The notes under the pieces were generated by a model. That model made no database searches, was not told the DNA's origin, and saw only the letters and a program-made list of their open reading frames with translations. Shown here one piece after another: positions 1 through 12,600 of a stretch of DNA of 64,000 nt (position 1 is its first letter; the number at the start of each line of letters is the position of its first letter). A program made the translations under genes and the position numbers. The stretch is from contig NC_057719.1 of the NCBI RefSeq assembly GCF_004010195.1, positions 37,630,547-37,694,546 on the forward strand, in the 5' to 3' direction. Origin of the DNA: Chiloscyllium plagiosum (taxonomy: Eukaryota).

Positions 1-408
1 TGATGTCATGTTCCTAACCTCCCTACACTCCAGGTCCTGCACCCTAAAGCTACAGTCTGGGTTCCCATGCCCCTGCAGAGTTAGTTTAAACCCCCCCCAA
101 GAGCTCTAGCAAACCTCCCACCAAGGATACTGGTGCCCCTCAGGTTCAGGTGCAGACCATCCTGTTTATAGAGGTCCCACCTTCCCCAGAAAGAACCCCA
201 GTTATCCAGATACCGGAATCCCTCCCTCCTGCACCATCCCTGTAGCCACGCATTTAACTGTTCTCTCTCCCTATTCCTCGACTCTCTATCACATGGCGCG
301 GGTAACAAACCAGAGACAACAACTCTGTTCGTTCTAACTTTGAGCTTCCAACCTAGCTCCCTGAAAGCCTGCTCTCCTACCTATGTCATTGGTGCCAATG
401 TGGACCAT
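1..408 (-). mobile_element. CR1 LINE fragment, ORF1 esterase (SGNH-like) C-terminus
   Basis: ORF 81..308 reads LNAWLQGWCRREGFRYLDNWGSFWGRWDLYKQDGLHLN, typical of the CR1 ORF1 esterase domain (DGLHLN motif). Confidence 0.85.
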
Positions 409-1734
409 GGTTTTCTTCTTTTACAAATATATATTTTTTGGATTAGCTCTTGCACACAAATGTAGATGTTCTGAACAGCACAAACTAGTATTTTATCCAT
501 TTGATTAACAGAAATTCAAGAAGCAGCACTCAGTGGTCTCCAATGCTACACACCTACAGTTCTAATGCCACTTCTGGCAATTCCAAACCAAAACTTATCA
601 CAGAGGCTGTTTCACAGATTAGGAAATTAAATTACATTAAAATAATACTTGGCACATTTAGGTTCAATCTTCTATTCTCTCTCTGCTTGTCTTTATCTCC
701 ATTCCTTTGTTGAGTTCTGAGTAAAACAATCAAGTTCAATTGCATTATCAGCTCACAAAGAGAGATGTGAATCTAGAAAATCTTACATTTATTTCTCAGG
801 AATCGTCATTCTGGAGCCAGCCAAATGAAAAGAATGAATTTATGTCCCTTCTGTTTTACTGTACTATTCCTATTTGTTTGTCTTCTGGCTTTTAATTTGC
901 TTTAGGCTTTGGCATAGAATCATTATATTTTTCAATTTATTTTTATCTAATGCAGACATCTTAACTCCATGTCTTCACGTCAACAGTATTCACATTTGAA
1001 AAGTTACCATTGCTGAAATAATTCTGATAGAATAGCTTTACTTCAGAACAGAATCCAGCTTTCTTTTGATTCTTTTTCACCTCGTGATGCACTGTTCTTT
1101 CTGTTTTCACTTCGTTATATCTCAAATTTGCTTTTTACGAATACAGATTTCCAGCAATTACAGTCTTTTCCCAGATTTTTGTGTCTCCATCTCTGTCAGA
1201 ATCAAGGTGAAAAGGACTAAAATGGTTGGTGGGGGCCCCAGTGTAAAAGCCCAGCTGGCCCCACTTGTGTCTCTGGAGATTTTCGTCTGTGAGGGAAAGG
1301 GAGTGGAACATGCCGATCAATTTGAAGAGAAGTTGGAGAAACCTGTACCTTAGTGAAAATGTTTTCAGACCCTATTTTCATCCACTCAGACATGGCAGTG
1401 AAGAGTTTTGGATGGGAATGCTGTTGGACACTGGATTGAAAGTGGGATAACTTGATTCAAAGTTATCCCAAACTGTTAATAATTTGTTAAAATCAGCTGG
1501 GCATCATTATTCAGTTCTAATGGAGGTCGATACCAGCGTGGCTGTATCAGGGATTGTGGAACCAGTCTTTACCGAAATTTGTTTGAGACTCCAACCCTTA
1601 AGTACGCTTAAGACCTCAGCTAGACTGAGAACCTATATTAGGGAACCTTTACAGTTTAAGGGTATAACATTAGTTCTGGTCTGTTATGACAAGCAGCTGG
1701 TTCAGTTAGCATTGGTTGTAGTGATAGGCTTGGG

Positions 1735-1818
1735 CTGAAAATGTGTTGCTGGAAAAGTGCAGCAGGTCAGGCAGCATCCAAGGAACAGGAGAAACGACGT
1801 TTCGGGCATAAGCCCTTC
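1735..1818 (-). mobile_element. Penelope-like terminal mini-insertion (family A), truncated inside the hammerhead
   Basis: Matches other family A copies (15121, 27811); interrupts the Gypsy protease frame; short GGGC repeat at both junctions. Confidence 0.8.
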
Positions 1819-2039
1819 GGGCCCAAGCCTGATGGGGTGACACTGATTGAGAAAGATTCAACTGATTGGCTCAACATTTTTCGATTAGAAATGGCTCTCT
1901 GAGTGAAGTCCTAATTATATACCTGGACATTTATCAGGAAAGCCGAGGGATTGTCTAAGGGGCCAAGGCCACCTTGAACTAAAAGCAATTCTATGATTTT
2001 GCAAGTCCTGCCCAATGCCATTAGCCTTATGATTTCACT

Positions 2040-3097
2040 GCTTTTCGTCATGTATAAATTATTTGGATGCGAACATAGGAGCTATAGTTAGTAAGTTTGC
2101 AAATGACACCAAAATTGGAGGTGTATTGGACAGCAAAAAGGTTACCTCAGTGTACAACGGGATCTTGATCAGATAGACCAATGGGCCGAAGAGTGGCAGA
2201 TTAATTTAAATAAATGCAAGGTGTTGCATTTTGGAAAAGCAAATCAAAGCAGCGTTTATACACTTAATAGTAAGGTCTTGAAGCGTGTTCCTGAACGAAG
2301 AAACCTTGGAGTATTCATAATTCCTTGAAAGTAGAGTCACAGGTAAATAGGATAGTGCAGAAGGGTTCAGTATGCTTTCCTTTATTGGTCAGTGTACTGA
2401 GTACAGGACTTAGGAGGTCATGTTGTGGCTGTACAAGACATTGGTTAGGCCACTTTTTGAATATTGGGTATAATTTTAGTCTCCTTTCTTTTGGAAGGAT
2501 GTTGTGAAACTTGAATGGTTTCAGAAAAGATTTACAAGAATGTTGCCAGAATTGGAGGATTTGAGCCAGAGGAAGAGGCTGAATAGGCTGGGACTATTTT
2601 CCTTGGAGTGTTGGAGGCTGAGGGGTGACCTTATAGAAGTTTATAAAATCATGAGGGTCATGGATAGGAGGTGTGTTGGAGGCTGAGGGGTGACCTTATA
2701 GAAGTTTATAAGGGGTGACCTTATAGAAGTTTATAAGACCCATGAGGGTCATGGATAGGATAAATAGACATGGTCTTTTCCCTGGATGGGGGAGTCCAGG
2801 ACTAGAGGTCATAGGTTTAGGGTGGGAGGGGAAAGATATAAAAGGGATGTAAGGGGCAACTTTTTCATACAGAAGGTGATGCGTGTATGGAATGTGTTGC
2901 CGGAAGAAGTGGTGGAGGCTGGTATAATTACAGCATTTAAAAGGCATCTGGATGGGTATATGAATAGGAAGGGTTTAGAGGGATATGGGCCAAGTGTTGG
3001 CAAGTGGGACTAGATTAGGTTGGGACATCGGGTTGGCATGGACGAGTTGGATCGAAGGGTCTGTTTTCATGCTGTACTTTTCTATGACTCTAAGACT
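2040..3097 (+). mobile_element. CR1 LINE 3' fragment
   Basis: SKFANDTK RT motif, QKRFTRMLP, RTRGH, CR1 3' UTR and ctatgactct tail; internal tandem duplications at 2608-2760. Confidence 0.9.
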
Positions 3098-3694
3098 CTA
3101 GAGGCAGAGATCAGGAGGCTGGAAAACAAAGGGATCATCAAATCTGTCCAGTTTGCGGAATGGGAAGCACCAGGCATACCAATTGTGAAACCTGACAGCT
3201 CAGTTTGCCTTTGTGGGGATTTTAAGCAAACAGTAAGCACTTTTTGCAGCTAGTTAAATACCCAATCCCTCACATAGAGAACTTATAGACAAAACTGGCG
3301 AAGCTTCACAAAACTGGACGTGAGCCACACCCACCTGTAATTGCGGTTAGATGAGGATTCCCAGAAGTATGCTGCAATTAATTCCCACCACTCATCTTGA
3401 GTCTTTTTGTCCTGTTGGGAGCTCATTGAATGAAGAGGTGCAGGTGTTATGGGCAATGACAGTGGATGGCACAGTCCATTGCTGTTGGAGAAGTGGGGAG
3501 GAGTCCTGAGCAAGTGAGTGGACAGCACAGAGAGCATGCAGCATTCTTGGTGTCAGAAGTTGGTGTAGGTGTCAGCGGGGGAGGGAAGATATTGGAGGCA
3601 ACAGTGAGAGTGATATAACATGACCCTTGACAGGAGGTGCACATGGTAAAAGAGCTGGAGTGAGCATGAGGTATTGGAGAGAAGATAGAGATAC

Positions 3695-3890
3695 TTACGC
3701 TGCCAAAGTGGAGAAGGTCATTGACCCTCTTCCTATGATGCTGTGTATTCTGCAGACAACTGAGAGTGCTTTAAGCTGGGTGGTCACCTTGGATCAGGTT
3801 GACATGGTCGGGTGTTATGGCTTCCACTGCTCAGCTTGGGGGCAGAGGATGTCCCACACCATCCACCAAAATCTCCAGGTTCCTGTCTAC
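3695..3890 (-). mobile_element. PIF/Harbinger Myb/SANT-like ORF remnant
   Basis: Minus strand reads DRNLEILVDGV...RKRVNDLLH across frameshifts, followed by a GTAAGT donor. Confidence 0.55.
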
Positions 3891-3994
3891 AACTAACATC
3901 CTAACTTTTCACTGTTTAAGAAAGATTCTGACCCTCTGTTCTTTTCTACCAAAGAAAGTCTGGTGAAGTTGCTGTGTCAGGCAATCCGCAGCTA

Positions 3995-6490
3995 CCAGAG
4001 GGACAGGTGAGGTGAGCACTCTGAGACAAGCAGTCAGCATCACTCGGAGAGGGAAGCAGTCAGAGATTGAAATCAGCTTGATGGGGTGTAGTCAGAGAGA
4101 TTAAAAGCAGTGCAAGAGGAAAGTCTGAATTAGGAACTGCCTTATTTAGCTCGCTGAAACATCAGTACAGGAGAAGAAACTGGTTGGCAAGTGTTTCTCC
4201 TATTCTAATTTTGATAAAGAGTTGGTTTTAAGTAACATGATTGCAGATCAGCTCTGCCAAGTGGAGTGTACACCCTGCGGTATGTATGAAGCCATAGACT
4301 TACCATAAGTCTCAGATGAATATATCTGTAAGAAGCGTCACCGACAGCATAGGTTTGACCTCCAAGATTCAGAACTTGAGCAGAGCTGAGTCACTGCTGT
4401 GCATTCAGGGGGCAGGGGACTACATGGACAGTACAATTAGGGAGATGTACTGGTAATGAGGGAATTGGCAACCATCAGTCCCAGTCTAAGAGAACCATGC
4501 AGCATAGGAATGCCATGGGTACATCATGTTTGCTCATCTGCATTCCATTTTGGAAAGTGGTAAGTATGATGGTTCCTCAGGACAGTGCAATTCGAGTCAA
4601 GTTAATGGCACCATGGGTGGCTCTGTTGTAAGGGGCTCTAGTGATATGAGCTACATATTTGTGGATCAGACATGTGTTTCTGCAACTGTCAATGTGATTC
4701 CAAGATAGTTTGCTTCATGCTGATAACAAGCTCAAGCTCAGTGAGAGACATAGTAATTGTTGTATTGTGGGTAGCAGTGGGGTGACCATTTTTGAGATGG
4801 TGATCATATTATAGTTAAATTTAGCATAATTATGGTAAGTGACAATGATAGAAAAGGACAAAAGTTTTAAATTGGGGGAAGACAATTTTTACAAATCTGC
4901 GAGAGGATCTGGCAAAAGCTACTCGAAGGAAAGTCGGTAGCGAATAAGTGGGCAATATGCAGAACAAGATTCGACAAGAACAGTGCAGGCATGGGCCTCA
5001 GAAGGAGAAGGGAGATACAGCCAAATCGAAAGCCCCCTGGTTATCCAGACGATACAGAGCAAGATAAATCAGAAAAATAGAGTTTACAACAATCTCCAAA
5101 AAAGTAATACGTTAGGAAGCTTGAAGGAGTATGAAAAATATAGGTGTGAAGTGAAAAAGGAAATTAAGAAAACAAAAAGAGTATACAACAAAATAATAGC
5201 TCGTAAAACTAAAGGAAAATTCAAATATGTTTTATCAGTACATTTAGAGCAAGAGGCTGATTAAGGGCAGGGATGGGCCTTTCAAAGATGTACAGGGTAT
5301 TGTCAGGATCTTTTAGAATTGTTATAATGCAGAAATATTTGGCCCATCATATTCACATTGGCTCTGAGCATTTCAGCTTTTCCCAGTCTCCTGCTTTGTG
5401 TCCTTTGCACCGTTTCTGCCTGAATAATAATCCAACTTCCTTGTGAATGCCTCAATTGAACCTGCCTCCACCATATTTCCAAGCAATGAATTCTATACTC
5501 GCTGTGTAAAAGGGGGCTCAGTTTTGGGTCCCTTGATATTTCTAGAGTATATTAATGACTTTAAATTTAAGTGTGGGAGGTATGATTGGGGAATTTGCAA
5601 TGACACTAAAACTGGTTGCTTAATGAAGAGGGTGGGTGTTGGCTGCAGACAGATATATGAAATAGTTATTATAGTATATAATAAGAATTGTTACAAAATA
5701 TATAGTGGTTCTGTTGAGCAAGTGAAACAGTGATACATAGAATTATATCTGGAGAGGTTGAGATTATGCATTTGGGCAAGTCAAACAAAGCAAGTGAATG
5801 TCCAATAAACAGAAAAGTTATTGAGAGGGGTGGATGAATTGAGAGACCTTGGAATGCAATTCCACAGATTCCTGAAGGTGGCAGTACAGCTATAGAGGGA
5901 TTGGAGATGTTTTCTTTCATTGGGTGAGGTCTTGAAGGCTAGAGCAGGGATGTAAACTAAAGAACTAAAGAAGATCATGGTTAGTCCACAGCTGGAGTTG
6001 TGTACATTTCTGGTCACCACATCATAGGAAGGACAAAAGTACTCTAGAGTACTAAGGATATTTACAAGAATGGAGTCAGTGCTTGAGAGTTGCCAGCATG
6101 CAGAAAGATTAGACAGGCCAAGGTTGTTTTTGTTAGTGTAGAGGATGCTGAGGGATAACTTATTAGAGGTATAAAAGATGTTGAGGAGCTTAGGTAGAAT
6201 GGACAGTAATGATCTCTTTTCTCTAGCAGGGAGGTTAGTTACCAGGAGGCACAGATTTAAGGTGATTGGTAGAAGGATTAGAGGGAAATGAAGAAAACCT
6301 TTTCCACCCAGAGGGTGATGGGTATCTGGAATTCACTGTCCAGTTGGTGACTGGAAATGTTGATTCATTTCAAAGGAACCTGGATCTGCACCGGAAGTGC
6401 TATATGCTGTAAGGTTACGGGTTAGTTGCTGGAAAATGAGCAAACTGGGTTGCATGGCTTATTTCTGTTCTCTAACCTTTCTATGGTTCA
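3995..6490 (+). mobile_element. Old internally deleted CR1 (5' region, ORF1 zinc-finger part, ORF2 pieces, 3' end)
   Basis: QVECTPCGMYE..YICKK at ~4260; ORF2 linker ~4800-5290; GSVLGPLIFLEYINDF at ~5513; CR1-type 3' end to ~6490. Confidence 0.7.
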
Positions 6491-6499
6491 ATGGTTATT

Positions 6500-6911
6500 C
6501 AATTATATCTTATCTGCCACCTTCAAGCTCATTCACTTAGCCTGTCCCAGTCCTCTTGGTGACTCCTTGCATCTTCTTCATAATTTATGTTCCCATCGGC
6601 AAATTTGGAAAGATTACAATTGGTGCCTATCCATATAATTTATGTAGGTTGTAAGCAATGGTGGACCTAGCACTGACCATTGCGGTGCCCCACTAGTAAC
6701 AGTTTCCAACCTGAAAAATGATTTGTTATTCCTATTCTCTGCTTTCTGTTCCTGTATGACAAATTCATACTACCATAGCTCTCCCAATGCCAAGCACAGT
6801 AATTTTATTTAACCTCCTGTGTGACACCTTATCAAAAGCCTGAAAATCCAAATACACCATGTCCAATGGTTCTCCTTTATCAATGCTATGAATAATGTCC
6901 TCAAAAATATT
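6500..6911 (-). mobile_element. Old CR1 RT fragment; continues at 11757-12110
   Basis: DKGEPLDMVYLDFQAFDKVSHRRL on the minus strand. Confidence 0.75.
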
Positions 6912-7407
6912 CCAAGATGGGCAGGACTGGCAGCTTAATGTTCCAGGATACAAATGCTACAGGAAGGATAGAAAGGGAGGCAAGAGAGGAGGGGGAGTGG
7001 CATTTTTGATAAGGGATAGCATTACAGCTGTGCTGAGGGAGGATATTCCCGGAAATATATCCAGGGAAGTTATTTGGGTGGAACTGAGAAATAAGAAAGG
7101 GATGATCACCTTATTGGGACTGTATTATAGACCCCCTAATAGTCAGAGGGAAATTGAGAAACAATCTTGTAAGGAGATCTCAACTATCTGAAAGAAGAAT
7201 AGGGTGGTTATGGTAGGAGATTTTAACTTTCCAAACATAGACTGGGACTACCATAGTGTTAAGGGCTTAGATGGAGAGGAATTTGCTAAGTGCATACAAG
7301 ACAATTTTCTGATTCAGTATGATTTGGAGATGCCGGTGTTGGACTGGGGTGTACAAAGTTAAAAATCACACAACACCAGGTTGTAGTCCAACAGGTTTAA
7401 TTGGAAG

Positions 7408-7442
7408 CACTGGCTTTCGGAGCGTCACTCCTTCATCAGGTG
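7408..7442 (-). ncRNA. Hammerhead ribozyme motif (family B), cleavage-site U mutated
   Basis: cac-CTGATGA-a-ggagt gac gctcc-GAAA-gcCa-gtg. Confidence 0.6.
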
Positions 7443-9063
7443 GTAGTGGAGGGCTCAATCCTAACACACAGGACTTATAGCAAAAATTTAGTGTGATGTA
7501 ACTGAAATCATACATTGAAAAATTGATTGTCTGTTAAGCCTTTCATCTGTTAGAATACTGTGATAGTTTCACTTCTTTCATGTGTAAGTCACAAAACCTT
7601 TTTTTAAAAAGTTGCATTCTCGGGTTAGCTGTTAACAATGGTGATAGCTGGACAACATGCTGAAGGTACTAGCCCCCTGTGTTCCCTGTCTATGCCATGA
7701 TGTTTAGATTGATTCTAATCTAAAAAGTGAGATAATGGAATTCATGTAGTTTTTGAGCTCAGAGTTCTACATGAATGCATGCAGATTTTGAGCAAAGTAC
7801 AATGTAACCCAGCAAGTACAAATTCACCCCACAAAATATATGTGTGCATGTGGGTCTTTGTCTGTCTGTATGTGTGTGTGTGTCTGCCTGGGTTGGGGGT
7901 TGTGAGTGTGAGAAAGTGTATGTGTGTGTGTGTGTAGTGAGTGCAGAGTGTCTTAAGTCTGTGACAGGGTGCATGTGTGAGTGTGTGTGTCTGTAAGGGT
8001 GTGTGTGGGTGTCTGTGTACGCGTCTGTGTATATGTGTGTCTGTGTACACTGGGAGGGCACACTCCTGTCTGTTGATTGTCTATGTCCACACTCTGATAC
8101 GTCTTGCAGCGCCTACCATGGAGTTATCCTGAGAGCCAGGCAGCTTGGTGAGGTGCTCATCCTTATTGATAATGTGTTGCAGGTCACGAAGAACATGGCG
8201 TAATTTTTCAGCTCCTGGGAAATACTGAACAATGAAGGGTACTTCGTGACCTGCAATACATTATCGATGAGGATGAGCACCTCACCAAGACCTTCCCCTC
8301 ACCTCCACTACTTGCCTTTAAAGAACTGCCAAACCTCAAACAGATCATTGCTCATAGCAAGCTGCCTGGCTCTCAGGACAACTCCATACAACCCTGTCAC
8401 GGTAGGCGCTGCAAGACGTATCAGAGTGTGGATATAGACAATCAACAGACAGGAGTGTGCCCTCCCAGTGGACACAGACACACATATACACAGACGAGTA
8501 CACAGACACCCACACACACCCTTACAGACACACACACTCACACACTCGCACATGTACCCCGTCACAGACTTAAGACACTCTGCACTCACGACACACACAC
8601 ACACACATACACTTTCTCACACTCACAACTCCCAACCCAGGCAGACACACACACACATACAGACAGACAAAGACCCACATGCACACATATATTTTGTGGG
8701 ATGAATTTGTACTTGCAGGATTACATTGTACTTTGCTCAAAAATTGCATGAATTTATGTAAAACTCCGTTATCTCACTTTTTAGATTAGAATCAATCTAA
8801 ACATCATGGCATAGACAGAGAACACAGGGGGCTAGCACTTTCAACATATTGTCTAGCTATCACCATTGTTAACAGCTAACCCGAGAATGCAACTTCTTAA
8901 AAAGAAGTTTTGTGATTTACACATGAAAGAAATGAAACTATCACTGTATTCTAACAGATGAAAGGTTTAACAGACAATCAATTTTTCAATGTATAATTTC
9001 AGTTACATCACACTGTAAATTTTTGCTATAAATCCTGTGTGTTAGGATTGAGCCCTCCACTAC

Positions 9064-9098
9064 CACCTGATGAAGGAGCGAAGCTCCGAAAGCTAGTG
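9064..9098 (+). ncRNA. Minimal type-I hammerhead ribozyme motif (family B)
   Basis: cac-CTGATGA-a-GGAGC gaa GCTCC-GAAA-gc-TA-gtg: intact core, 5-bp stem II, palindromic AGCT stem III, cac/gtg stem I. Confidence 0.8.
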
Positions 9099-9604
9099 TG
9101 CTTCCAATTAAACCTGTTGGACTACAACCTGGTGTTGTGTGATTTTTAACCCCAATTCAGTATGTGGATGTACCTACTAGAGAAGGTGCAAAATTGACCT
9201 ACTCTTGGGAAATAAGACAGGGCTGGTGACTGAGGTGTCAGTGGGGGAGCACTTTGGGGCCAGCAAACATAATTCCATTAGATTTAAAATAGTGATGGAA
9301 AAGGATAGACAGATCTAAAAGTTGAAGTTCTAAATTGGAGAAAGGCCAATTTTGACAGTATTAGGCAAGAACTTTCGAAAGCTGATTAGGGGCAGATGTT
9401 TGCAGGTAAAGGGACAGCGGGAAAATGGGAAGCCTTCAAATAACAAGAATCCAGAGAAAGCATATTCCTGTTATGAAACTATCACTGTATTCTAACAGAT
9501 GAAAGGTTTAACAGACAATCAATTTTTCAATGTATAATTTCAGTTACATCACACTATACATTTTTGCTATAAATCCTGTGTGTTAGGATTGAGCCCTCCA
9601 CTAC

Positions 9605-9639
9605 CACCTGATGAAGGAGCGACGCTCCGAAAGCTAGTG
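9605..9639 (+). ncRNA. Hammerhead motif, duplicated copy
   Basis: cac-CTGATGA-a-GGAGC gac GCTCC-GAAA-gc-TA-gtg. Confidence 0.8.
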
Positions 9640-12600
9640 TGCTTCCAAGTAAACCTGTTGGACTACAACCTATGTTGTGTGATTTTTAACCCCAATTCAG
9701 TATGTGGATGTACCTACTAGTGAAGGTGCAAAATTGACCTACTCTTGGGAAATAAGGCAGGGCTGGTGACTGAGGTGTCAGTGGGGGAGCACTTTGGGGC
9801 CAGCAAACATAATTCCATTAGATTTAAAATAGTGATGGAAAAGGATAGACAGATCTAAAAGTTGAAGTCCTAAATTGGAGAAAGGCCAATTTTGACAGTA
9901 TTAGGCAAGAACTTTCGAAAGCTGATTAGGGGCAGATGTTTGCAGGTAAAGGGACAGCGGGAAAATGGGAAGCCTTCAAATAACAAGAATCCAGAGAAAG
10001 CATATTCCTGTAAGGATGAAAGGAAAGGCTGGTAGGTATAGGGAATGCTGGATGACTAAAGAAATTGAGGGTTTGGTTAAGAAAAAGAAGGAAGCATATG
10101 CAAGGTATAGACAGAATAGATCGAGTGAATCCTTAGCAGTGTATAAAGGCAGTAGGAGTATACATAAGAGGGAAATCAGGAGGGCAAAAAGGGGACATGA
10201 GATAGCTTTGGCAAATAGAATTAAGGAGAATCCAAAGGGTTTCACAAATACATTAAGGACAAAAGGGTAACTAGGGAAAGAATAGGGCCCCTCAAAGATC
10301 AGCAAGGCGGCCTTTGTGTGGAGCCACAGAAAATGGGGAAGATACCAAATGAGTATTTTGCATCAGCATTTACTGTGGCAAGGAATATGGAAGATATGGA
10401 AGATCTTGCAAAATGTCCAGATTACAGAGGAGAAGTGCTGGATGTCTTGAAACGGGTAAAGGTAGATAAATCCCCAGGACCTGATCAGGTGTACCCGAGA
10501 ACTCTGTGGGAAGCTAGAGAAGTGATTGCTGGGCCTCTTGCTGAGATATTTGTATCATCGATCGTCACAGGTGAGGTGCCGGAAGACTGGAGGTTGGCAA
10601 ACGTGGTGCCACTGTTTAAGGAGGGTGGTAAAGACAAGCCAAGGAACTATAGACCAATGAACCTGAACTCAATGGTGGGCAAGTTGTTGGAGGGAGTCCT
10701 GAGGGACAAGATCTACATGTATTTGGAAAGGCAAGGACTGATTCGGGATAGTCAACATGGCTCTGTGCGTGGGAAATCATGTCTCACAAACTTGATTGAG
10801 TTTATTGAAGAAGTAACAAAGAGGATTGATGAGGGCAGAGCGGTACATGTGATCTATATGGACTTCAGTTAGGTGTTCGATAAGGTTCCCCATGGGAGAT
10901 TGATAAGCAAGGTTAGATCTCACGGAATACAGGGAGAACTAGCCAATTGGATACAGAACTGGCTCAAAGGTAGAAGACAGAGGGTGGTGGTGGAGGGTTG
11001 TTTTTCAGACTGGAGGCCTGTGACCAGTGGAGTGCCACAAGGATTAGTGCTGGGGCCTCTACGTTTTGTCATTTACATAAATGATTTGGACAGTTTGTAA
11101 GTTTGCAAATGACACCAAAATTAGGGGTGTAGTGGACAGCAAAGAGGGTTACCTCAGATTACAACAGGACCTGGACCAGATGGGCCAATGGGCAAAGAAG
11201 TGGCAAATGGAGTTTAATTCAGATACATGCAAGGTGCTGCATTTTGGGAAAGCAAATCTTAGCAAGACTTACACACTTAATGGTAAGGTCCTAGGAAGTG
11301 TNNNNNNNNNNNNNNNNNNNNNGAGCTATAGGGAGAAACTGAACAGGCTGGGGCTGTTTTCCATAGAGGGGTGACCTTATAGAGGTTTACAAAATTATGA
11401 GGGGTATGGATAGGATAAATAGACAAAGTCTTTTCCCTGGGGTCAGGGAGTCCAGAACTGGAGGGCATAGGTTTAGGGTGAGAGAGGAAATATATTAAAA
11501 AATCCTAAGGGGCAACTTTTTCACAAAGAGGGTGGTGCGTGTATGGAATGGGCTGTCAGAGGAAGTGATGGAGGCTGGTACAATTGCAACATTTAAGAGG
11601 CATTTGGATGGGTATATGAATAGGAAGGGTTTGGAGGGATATGGGCCGGGCACTGGCAGGTGGGGCTAGATTGGGTTGGGATATCTGGTCTGCATGGACG
11701 GGTTGGACCGAAGGGTCTGTTTCCATTCTGTACATCTCTATGACTCTATGACTCTAAGTTTGTCAAACTTAACTTCCCTTTCGTAAATCAGATTGATGCA
11801 GCCAATTTTACATTTCTTTCTAAATGTTTCATTATCGCAGCCCTTATAATAGAATATATTATTTTCCCGAATATGCCAATCGTAACAGCTCAGTAGTTTT
11901 CCGTTCTTCCTCTTATCCCTTCCTAAACATTTGCTATCTTCCAGTCTGTAGAAACTGTTCCAGAATTGATAGAATTTGAATGATCACTACCAAGGCATTA
12001 ACTATTTCTCTAGGTGACTTCATCAATAATCTGTGATGAAGGTCTACCGGTCCAAGGGATTTATTAACATTCAATTCATTTAGCTTCTCACTCTTAGCTA
12101 ATGCTAATTTCTGGAATCTGGTTACACCAAGGATTATCGATGATGCTGGAATAATTACAACTCTTTCGAATAAGTTTGACAGATTCTTGCTAGGTCAACT
12201 ATTAAGGGTATGAAGAAAATCCAGGCAAATATAATTGAGTTACAGATAAATCATGATCTATTTGAATGGCAGAACAAGTATGATGGGCTGAGAAGCCTAT
12301 TTATGTATTAATTTATGTAACTCTAAAGCTATTAGTTTTGTTAGCTTGCATGCCCAAAAGGTGCAGTCCCAACTGGGTTCTTTATAGTGAGGAACAGGAA
12401 TCCTGACAGATTCTACCCCCCCCCCCCCGCCTCCTCGTACTCCATCTGAGGACCAGCTCAAGACAGGGACAGAAACTGAGGCCCCACAGTACTGTTTGCA
12501 TTACTGTGGAATATTTTGTATTTCAGGCAAGTTCAGAAATTGAAATAATGGCTTGGCAGCAATGAGTAAAATAGATGCCATTATTGTTTGCTCACAGGAA

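Larger units (their letters stand above)
1480..3390 (+). mobile_element. Decayed Gypsy/Ty3 pol (protease to RT), split by a PLE mini-insertion and a CR1
   Basis: LMEVDTSVAVS..LRTY..EPL protease; GPSLMG resumes at ~1820; RT LEAEIRRLENKGII..EWEAP..PIVKPDSSVCLCGDFKQTV resumes at ~3098. Confidence 0.85.
7321..9154. mobile_element. Head-to-head inverted pair of deleted Penelope-like elements (family B)
   Basis: 7358-8191 is the reverse complement of 8241-9150; PLE-like peptides VQYFPGAEKLRHVLRDLQ and PCHGRRCKT; CA-rich 3' region; ATTCAGTAT at 7312-7320 and 9155-9163. Confidence 0.85.
8932..10011 (+). repeat. ~540-bp tandem duplication (8932-9471 / 9473-10011)
   Basis: Near-identical direct copies spanning the PLE/CR1 junction, with a few substitutions. 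Confidence 0.92.
6912..11756 (+). mobile_element. Younger 5'-truncated CR1 ORF2 (APE endonuclease + RT, frameshifted) with nested PLE, duplication and an N gap
   Basis: YRKDRKGGKRGGGVA, YYRPPNS, GDFNFP, KSPGPD, WRLANVVPLFK, FDKVPH, SGVPQG, KFANDTK; ends in (ctatgact)n; Ns at 11302-11322. Confidence 0.93.

Noticed and set aside
7742..8751. His/Thr-rich and Cys/Val-rich ORFs (also 59679-60028)
   Set aside because: Translations of CA/TG low-complexity sequence in the PLE 3' region
11302..11322. Run of N
   Set aside because: Assembly gap; the apparent CR1 deletion across it is not biological evidence
10318..11374. Longest RT ORFs as an active LINE
   Set aside because: 5'-truncated, frameshifted, contains stops and is interrupted by a PLE
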